From assembly GCF_000018105.1 (NCBI RefSeq), contig NC_009925.1, positions 5,130,001-5,162,000 on the forward strand: a stretch of 32,000 nt of DNA, written 5' to 3'. Positions 26,490 through 32,000 of the stretch are shown here, one piece after another. The notes below the pieces were generated by a model. The model saw only the letters and a list, made by a program, of their open reading frames with translations, searched no databases and was not told where the DNA came from. Within the stretch, counting starts at the first letter, position 1. Each line of letters starts with the position of its first letter. Source of the DNA: Acaryochloris marina MBIC11017. Lineage in GTDB: Bacteria; Cyanobacteriota; Cyanobacteriia; Thermosynechococcales; Thermosynechococcaceae. The position numbers and the translations under genes were made by a program.

Positions 26490-26696
26490 TTAAAGGGAAT
26501 CTTCCAAAATGCGATGTTCTGGAGGAATTTTTTCAATGGCAGCCCTTTGCCGGGCATCTTTTTCAGCCTTCTGCTTGGCTTTAATACGAGCTTTGGCCGC
26601 TTTGGCTCGCATTTTTAAGGCATCGTCATTATAGTTTTTGCGAATCACCTCAGTGTTTCTTGAGGGCACAACCGTGTATTTATCTTGATCCGACAT
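26490..26696 (-). CDS. Small Lys/Ala-rich hypothetical protein (68 aa)
   Basis: This is the only ORF in the interval. It has a highly charged helical segment (RAKAAKARIKAKQKAEKDARQRAAIEK). It has no known motif and may not be expressed. Confidence 0.35.
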   Translation of the reverse strand: MSDQDKYTVVPSRNTEVIRKNYNDDALKMRAKAAKARIKAKQKAEKDARQRAAIEKIPPEHRILEDSL

Positions 26697-26925
26697 AAAC
26701 AGATGAATGATGAGACAACGTAAGCGCCTGCATTATGACAGTTATTGATAGGAGTTAAAACCAAGAGGGGGGAGGTTTTAGAAAACGTAATAACTCCGTT
26801 AAAGAACTAAAGGGAAAATCGGGTAAAAAAACATCAAATGTATAATTTGCCTGGCTTCTAGAGAATAAATGATAAATTATTGAGACGCCTCAACCCCTTT
26901 AGCTGAATATCTCTGTTATCGACCC

Positions 26926-27777
26926 ATGCAGCAACTTGAAAAACAGTCAGACTTGGCAAGCTGGCATGGTCGTCTAAGCTTAACCTACGAGAAAAAAGCT
27001 CACCAAACTCAGGTTCAGCAGAGCTATCATCAAGCCCCTCTCAATCTACAACGCCCTTTTTATCCTGAAGGGCCAGTTTGCCATAGCGTCATGATGCATA
27101 CCGCTGGGGGCATGGTGGGCGGCGATCGTCTCTCCATTAATGTGACGCTGCAGCCCCAGACCCATGCGCTACTGACAACAACATCTGCAGGCAAAGTCTA
27201 TCGGTCTAATGGTCATGGAGCCCAACAGACGGTCCAGTGCCAGCTGGATACTAACGCGATTCTAGAATGGCTGCCCTTAGGAACAATCGTCTTTGACCAG
27301 GCTCAGTTTCGCCAAACCTTACAGGTTGAGCTTGGCCCTGGGGCTATTTTTTGCGGATGGGATCTGACTCGATTTGGTCGCAGTGCCCGAGGTGAGCGAT
27401 TTATGCAGGGGGACTGGCGATCTCATACTGAGATTTGGCAGCAGGGCGCGCCCCTCTGGATTGATCGACAGTGGTTGCCGGGGCAACCGGACATTTGGGA
27501 AAGCCCCCATGGCTTGGCTGGACAACCGGTTGTTGGCAGTTTTCTGTGGGTCGGACAAGGGGTTGAACCCAATCTGGTCCAGACGGCTCGTGACCTTTGG
27601 CAGCCCACTACCGATGGGGCTGAGATGGGGGTAACGCGCTTACCCCTTGGACTGGTCTGCCGATATCGTGGTCCCTCTAGTCAAGCGGCCCGTCAATGGT
27701 TTATACAGGTGTGGAATCTGTTGCGATCCACCCATTTGGGACGCCCAGCCTGTCCTCCCCGTGTTTGGCCACTCTAA
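26926..27777 (+). CDS. ureD: Urease accessory protein UreD
   Basis: 283 aa. The motif MMHTAGGMVGGDRL is present. It sits immediately upstream of ureA with a 13-nt gap. Confidence 0.8.
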   Translation: MQQLEKQSDLASWHGRLSLTYEKKAHQTQVQQSYHQAPLNLQRPFYPEGPVCHSVMMHTAGGMVGGDRLSINVTLQPQTHALLTTTSAGKVYRSNGHGAQQTVQCQLDTNAILEWLPLGTIVFDQAQFRQTLQVELGPGAIFCGWDLTRFGRSARGERFMQGDWRSHTEIWQQGAPLWIDRQWLPGQPDIWESPHGLAGQPVVGSFLWVGQGVEPNLVQTARDLWQPTTDGAEMGVTRLPLGLVCRYRGPSSQAARQWFIQVWNLLRSTHLGRPACPPRVWPL

Positions 27778-27787
27778 AACGAGGTAA

Positions 27788-28093
<306 letters not shown>

Positions 28094-28123
28094 ATTGGCA
28101 CGAGAATTGGAACGAGGGGGATA

Positions 28124-29176
28124 ATGCCCAATCAAGGGGGATGGAAACGTTGGATCAGCGTCATGGTTTGCTGGTGGCTGCTTCTAAGTGGTCCAGCCTT
28201 TGGGTTTGTTACGGACAATGCCCTGACGAACAATACACCTAACAATTTTGCAGATGATCTCCAAGATGCGGCTCGGTGGAGTAATGTGCCGGGCTCCGTA
28301 TTGTCTAATGTGCGGGGACTGGGGGAGGGATTGGAATATGCGATCGCATCCGACTTTTGCCCCCAAATCATTCCCCTCTTCCAAGATCGCCAACCGCCCA
28401 CCTGTAACCAAATTGAGAAGGAGATTCAGAGCGCTTTAGATCACTGGGGAGAGAATCATACCGTCCTTCACTTTACGCCAGTGACCGCCAGCTTAGCCGC
28501 CCAAATCCCCCCGGATGGTGCTCGGGAGCCGTGGCGAGGGTTTGGGGCAGAGATTGATCTGTTTGTCCGGAGTCCAGAAGACTATCCCCTCGTCGCTAAT
28601 TTTGGGGCTTACACTAGCTTTTGGTTCACCAATGAAAACCCCATTGGTCTGCAGGGACAGCCGGTTCCAGGAAAAACGATTACCAGTGCTGATATTGTTT
28701 TCAATAATCGCAGCTGCTACTTTTGGGATACCCAAGCCCCAATTGCTGGCTGTAATCACTTTGAGTCTTTGTTGATTCATGAGGTGGGGCATGCCTTGGC
28801 GTTAGATCACCCCAATGAGTTTCCCCAACGTAACTTTGATACGGACCAGATTCCCGGCAATGTGATGCCCATTGACTGTCAACAGCCAACGAAGGCCCTG
28901 AAGCTGGTTTCCAAAATTGATGCGGCGGCCATCATGAATAGTAGTTTGGGGGAGGCTGCTAAGCCGCTACCGCAGCTCAGTCCTGATGATTTGGGCGGTC
29001 GGAATTTCCTCTACCCCCTTTGCCAAACCGTGAGTTCTATTAACCTCTCTGGTACTGGACCGAACCCTTGGCAGCTATTTGGTCTCTTGCTGGTGATCAG
29101 TTTTTCGGGGGTGTTTGGTATTGCGGCGATTTTGCAGCGGTTAGAAAAGCAGCGTCGCAAACAACGCCGAAAATGA
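28124..29176 (+). CDS. Membrane-anchored matrixin-like (metzincin) zinc metalloprotease
   Basis: It has a signal peptide (WISVMVCWWLLLSGPAFG). The zinc site HEVGHALALDH (HExxHxxxxxH) is at 28778-28810. A downstream Met-turn candidate (AAIMNSS) and an MMP-like LSPDDLGGRNFLY are present. The C-terminus has a TM helix plus a basic tail (LFGLLLVISFSGVFGIAAIL-QRLEKQRRKQRRK). Confidence 0.75.
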   Translation: MPNQGGWKRWISVMVCWWLLLSGPAFGFVTDNALTNNTPNNFADDLQDAARWSNVPGSVLSNVRGLGEGLEYAIASDFCPQIIPLFQDRQPPTCNQIEKEIQSALDHWGENHTVLHFTPVTASLAAQIPPDGAREPWRGFGAEIDLFVRSPEDYPLVANFGAYTSFWFTNENPIGLQGQPVPGKTITSADIVFNNRSCYFWDTQAPIAGCNHFESLLIHEVGHALALDHPNEFPQRNFDTDQIPGNVMPIDCQQPTKALKLVSKIDAAAIMNSSLGEAAKPLPQLSPDDLGGRNFLYPLCQTVSSINLSGTGPNPWQLFGLLLVISFSGVFGIAAILQRLEKQRRKQRRK

Positions 29177-29252
29177 TTCTAAATTGAAGTTCTAGACCTA
29201 TGGGAAAAAGTACCGTACAGTGGCTAGCAAGTGTACTCCGGTCTGACCCATC

Positions 29253-29558
29253 ATGATACCTGGCGAACTCTTTCCTGAAACAGGCGATATTGAACTTAAT
29301 GCAGGGCGGGCAACGGTGAAGGTGGCCGTTGCGAACACTGGAGATCGCCCCGTGCAGGTGGGGTCTCATTTTCACTTTTATGAAGTGAATCCAGCCTTAG
29401 CGTTTGATCGAGCGCAAGTTAAGGGAATGAGATTAGATATTCCTGCCGGAACGGCCGTACGCTTTGAGCCGGGGGACCAGCGAGAGGTCACTTTGGTTCC
29501 CTTAGTCGGGCAGCGACAAGTGTTTGGCTTTAATGGAAAAATCCAAGGTGCTTTATAA
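29253..29558 (+). CDS. ureB: Urease beta subunit
   Basis: [19 protein letters not shown]...[25 protein letters not shown] is a canonical 101-aa UreB. Confidence 0.95.
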   Translation: MIPGELFPETGDIELNAGRATVKVAVANTGDRPVQVGSHFHFYEVNPALAFDRAQVKGMRLDIPAGTAVRFEPGDQREVTLVPLVGQRQVFGFNGKIQGAL

Positions 29559-29716
29559 TTCTTTTGAGCGAAATACCTGTTTTTGAACTAGCGTTTTTAT
29601 TTAGTGAAATCTTTCTCTAGAATTATCTCTTGATAGATTTTTTGGGGAGAATTTCTAAATCTAAAAACAGTAAAATTTTCGAGTTAAACAGTTTGTTGAT
29701 AGAGAAAAATAAGATT

Positions 29717-29738
29717 GGGGAATGATTCATCATTCTCC
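29717..29738. promoter_or_regulatory. Inverted repeat GGgGAATGAT-TC-ATCATTCtCC (perfect 7-2-7 core at 29720-29735), Fur-box-like
   Basis: The arms GAATGAT and ATCATTC are perfectly complementary. AATGAT..ATCATT resembles the Fur-box core AATGATAATCATT, but with a 2-nt centre. It lies about 80 nt upstream of the kinase ATG. Confidence 0.3.
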
Positions 29739-29814
29739 GGGGCAGATGCTTTCATGATTGTGATGTATGGGGCATCCTGATTAGAAAGGTGCATTGTTAA
29801 GGAGTCTGTTCCAA

Positions 29815-32000
29815 ATGGAGCTTGCTATCTCCCAAAACTTACCCCAGTACAAAATTTTGCATGTTTTGTACGAGAGTCAGCGAACGCGAGTCTACCAAGG
29901 GATAAGAGTGGCAGATCAGTTGCCTGTGGTCATCAAAACCACGGCTCAGCCTTTGCACTTTTCAGAACATGTTGCTTTTCGCAATCAGTATGTAATTGGT
30001 CAAAATCTCAAGCATCCTAGCATTATTCAGATGCTCAGCTTGGAATGTTTTGACAGCACTTATGCCTTGATTATGGAGGATATGCAAGGAGTTTCTTTGG
30101 TGAAATTCCTTGAGTCGAAGATTTCCATTGCCGATGGATTACGCATTGCTCTGCAGTTAGCAGATGCCCTCCATTATTTATGTCAGCAACGGGTGATTCA
30201 CAAGGATATTAAGCCTGCAAATATTATTATTCACCCCGAAAGTAAGCAGGTTAAGCTAACGGATTTTGGCTTGGCTTCCTTGTTACCGAAGGAAATGCAA
30301 GGGATTAAAAGTCTCAACGCCCTAGAAGGAACCTTGGCTTATCTGGCCCCTGAACAGACGGGGCGTATGAATCGAGGGGTGGATTATCGAGCCGATTTCT
30401 ATGGCCTAGGCGTCACCCTATATGAGGTGCTGACGGGGCAGCTACCGTTTCCTTCTACAGACGTGATGGAACTGGTACATTGCCATATTGCTAAAGCCCC
30501 AACACCGCTCCATGAGATTAATCCTCAGGTTCCCGTTCAGGTTTCAGATATCGTCCTCAAGCTATTGGCGAAAAATGCCGAAGATCGCTACCAAAGTGCG
30601 TTGGGCTTAAAGCATGACTTGGCTATTTGTCTGAGTCAGTTGAATGAACGAGGAGTCGTTGAACCGTTTGAGCTGGGGGTGCGAGACGTGTGCGATCGCA
30701 TCTTGATACCCGAAAAACTCTATGGCCGTGAAGCCGAAGTTCAAACCTTGCTGGATGCCTTTGAGCGAGTGACTCAGGGGCCTTCAGAACTCCTGTTGGT
30801 TGCTGGTTCCTCGGGAATTGGTAAAACGGCGGTTATCAGCGAAGTTCACAAACCCATTACTTGCCAAAATGGTTACTTTATTCAGGGCAAGTTTGATCAG
30901 TTTAATCGTAATATTCCTTTCTCTGTTTTTGGGCAAGCGTTTCAAAGTTTGATTGACCAGCTACTGGGTGAATCGGATACGGTTTTGGCAGATTGGAAAG
31001 CCAAAATTTTAGGAGTTTTAGGAGAGAACGCTCAGGTTTTGATCGACGTCATCCCTAACTTAGGACAAATCATAGGAGCACAACCTGCGGTGCCTGAACT
31101 CTCAGGTTTGGCTGCGCAGAATCGTTTTAATTTACTGCTTGGCAAATTTATTCAACTTTTTGCCAGGGCAGAGCATCCCCTGGTGATTTTCTTGGATGAT
31201 TTGCAGTGGGCTGATTCTGCCTCTTTGAGCTTGCTAACACTGTTGTTTGATGAATCCGAGTCAAGCCATCTGCTGGTGCTGGGAGCATATCGGGAAAACG
31301 AAGTGTTTCCAGCCCATCCCCTCATGCTGACGGTGCAGGGGCTACAAGAACGAGGGAATGTCCTGGATACATTACCCCTGGTACCTTTGGCCGAATCTGA
31401 TGTCAATCAGCTTGTGGCAGATACGTTGTTATGTGGGGCCAATACTGCTACGCCGCTATCCCAGCTGATATATCAAAAAACTGGCGGAAATCCGTTTTTC
31501 ACGATTCAATTTTTAATTGAGCTATACGATCAGCACTGTATTTCTTTTGATAGCGATGCGGGCCATTGGCTTTGTGACATTACCAAGGTTCAACAGCTGG
31601 CCCTAACAGATGATGTTGTGGACTTCTTGATCGAAAGATTAAAGCAGTTACCCGATACAACCCAAAAAATACTCAATCTTGCTGCTTGTTTGGGGGATTC
31701 ATTTGATTTATCTACCTTAGCGATTATTACTCAGCAAACCCAAACAAGCCTGGCCGATAGTCTGTGGCCGAGCTTGCAAATGGGGTTAGTCATCCCGACA
31801 AATAATACGTACAAATTCTTTCAAGGCACGTTGCAGAATCAGTCCTCGTCAACGGTTTGTGTTGCCTATGAATTTCTGCATGATCGTGTTCAACAAGCAG
31901 CTTACGAGTTGGCCTGTAACGAGCAGGATGCCCAATCCCTCAGACTTGAGATTGCCCGCAAACTCTTGCAAAAGCATTGCTTTGAAGCGGACCAACGGCG
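29815..32000 (+). CDS. Multidomain Ser/Thr protein kinase - AAA(AAA_16/STAND-like) ATPase (partial, continues beyond right edge)
   Basis: The ATG at 29815 is preceded by AAGGAG at 29799-29804. The kinase motifs are VVIKT, HKDIKPANIII, TDFGLA and LAPEQ. Next come Walker A (GSSGIGKT) and Walker B (VIFLDDLQWAD). The frame stays open to the window end, which is why it is missing from the ORF track. Confidence 0.85.
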   Translation, partial: MELAISQNLPQYKILHVLYESQRTRVYQGIRVADQLPVVIKTTAQPLHFSEHVAFRNQYVIGQNLKHPSIIQMLSLECFDSTYALIMEDMQGVSLVKFLESKISIADGLRIALQLADALHYLCQQRVIHKDIKPANIIIHPESKQVKLTDFGLASLLPKEMQGIKSLNALEGTLAYLAPEQTGRMNRGVDYRADFYGLGVTLYEVLTGQLPFPSTDVMELVHCHIAKAPTPLHEINPQVPVQVSDIVLKLLAKNAEDRYQSALGLKHDLAICLSQLNERGVVEPFELGVRDVCDRILIPEKLYGREAEVQTLLDAFERVTQGPSELLLVAGSSGIGKTAVISEVHKPITCQNGYFIQGKFDQFNRNIPFSVFGQAFQSLIDQLLGESDTVLADWKAKILGVLGENAQVLIDVIPNLGQIIGAQPAVPELSGLAAQNRFNLLLGKFIQLFARAEHPLVIFLDDLQWADSASLSLLTLLFDESESSHLLVLGAYRENEVFPAHPLMLTVQGLQERGNVLDTLPLVPLAESDVNQLVADTLLCGANTATPLSQLIYQKTGGNPFFTIQFLIELYDQHCISFDSDAGHWLCDITKVQQLALTDDVVDFLIERLKQLPDTTQKILNLAACLGDSFDLSTLAIITQQTQTSLADSLWPSLQMGLVIPTNNTYKFFQGTLQNQSSSTVCVAYEFLHDRVQQAAYELACNEQDAQSLRLEIARKLLQKHCFEADQR

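Noticed and set aside
26697-26925. NtcA site (GTA-N8-TAC) upstream of ureD
   Set aside because: I checked every GTA in the interval by eye and none is followed by TAC at the right spacing. Only a -10-like TATAAT (26841-26846), with no matching -35 or NtcA box, is present.

Overview
This looks like an ordinary cyanobacterial chromosomal segment, not an obvious accessory or defence island. The taxonomic call rests on 11 perfect copies of the HIP1 octamer GCGATCGC and on gene content. All calls come from reading the translations and motifs by eye; no homology search was run.

Gene order, left to right:
- A minus-strand Tax/Pil-type chemosensory operon: two tandem PATAN-receiver (PatA-type) regulators, a double-domain CheW, a PilJ-type MCP, and the Hpt N-terminus of a CheA that runs off the left edge.
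- A 590-bp AT-rich divergent control region.
- A plus-strand four-gene block: ArsM-like methyltransferase, ArsS-like radical-SAM/Cys-rich protein, and two translationally coupled TVP38/DedA-family membrane proteins. A MAPEG gene converges on its 3' end.
- A PAS-GAF-GGDEF-EAL protein, a UPF0104-like membrane protein and a cysteine-synthase family gene.
- A tRNA with anticodon CAT, a small DUF2256-like zinc-ribbon ORF missing from the ORF track, and a 109-aa orphan.
- aat, an intact IS630-family element, a triple-SLH envelope protein with an internal duplication, and an orphan RpaB-like OmpR regulator.
- A 145-aa hypothetical followed by three head-to-tail 18-19-nt repeats, then an LctP-family permease, ChrA and a hexose-6-phosphate mutarotase.
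- A split urease cluster, ureD-ureA-[matrixin-like membrane metalloprotease]-ureB, with no ureC.
- The 5' part of a Ser/Thr-kinase/AAA ATPase gene that runs off the right edge.

No CRISPR array or rRNA gene was seen.

Best candidates for something undescribed:
1. The arsM-arsS-tvp38-tvp38 block, preceded by a perfect 7-2-7 ArsR/SmtB-type palindrome. It may be an organoarsenical module with a membrane or lipid-handling arm.
2. The metzincin gene embedded between ureA and ureB.

Both are hypotheses, not demonstrated systems.
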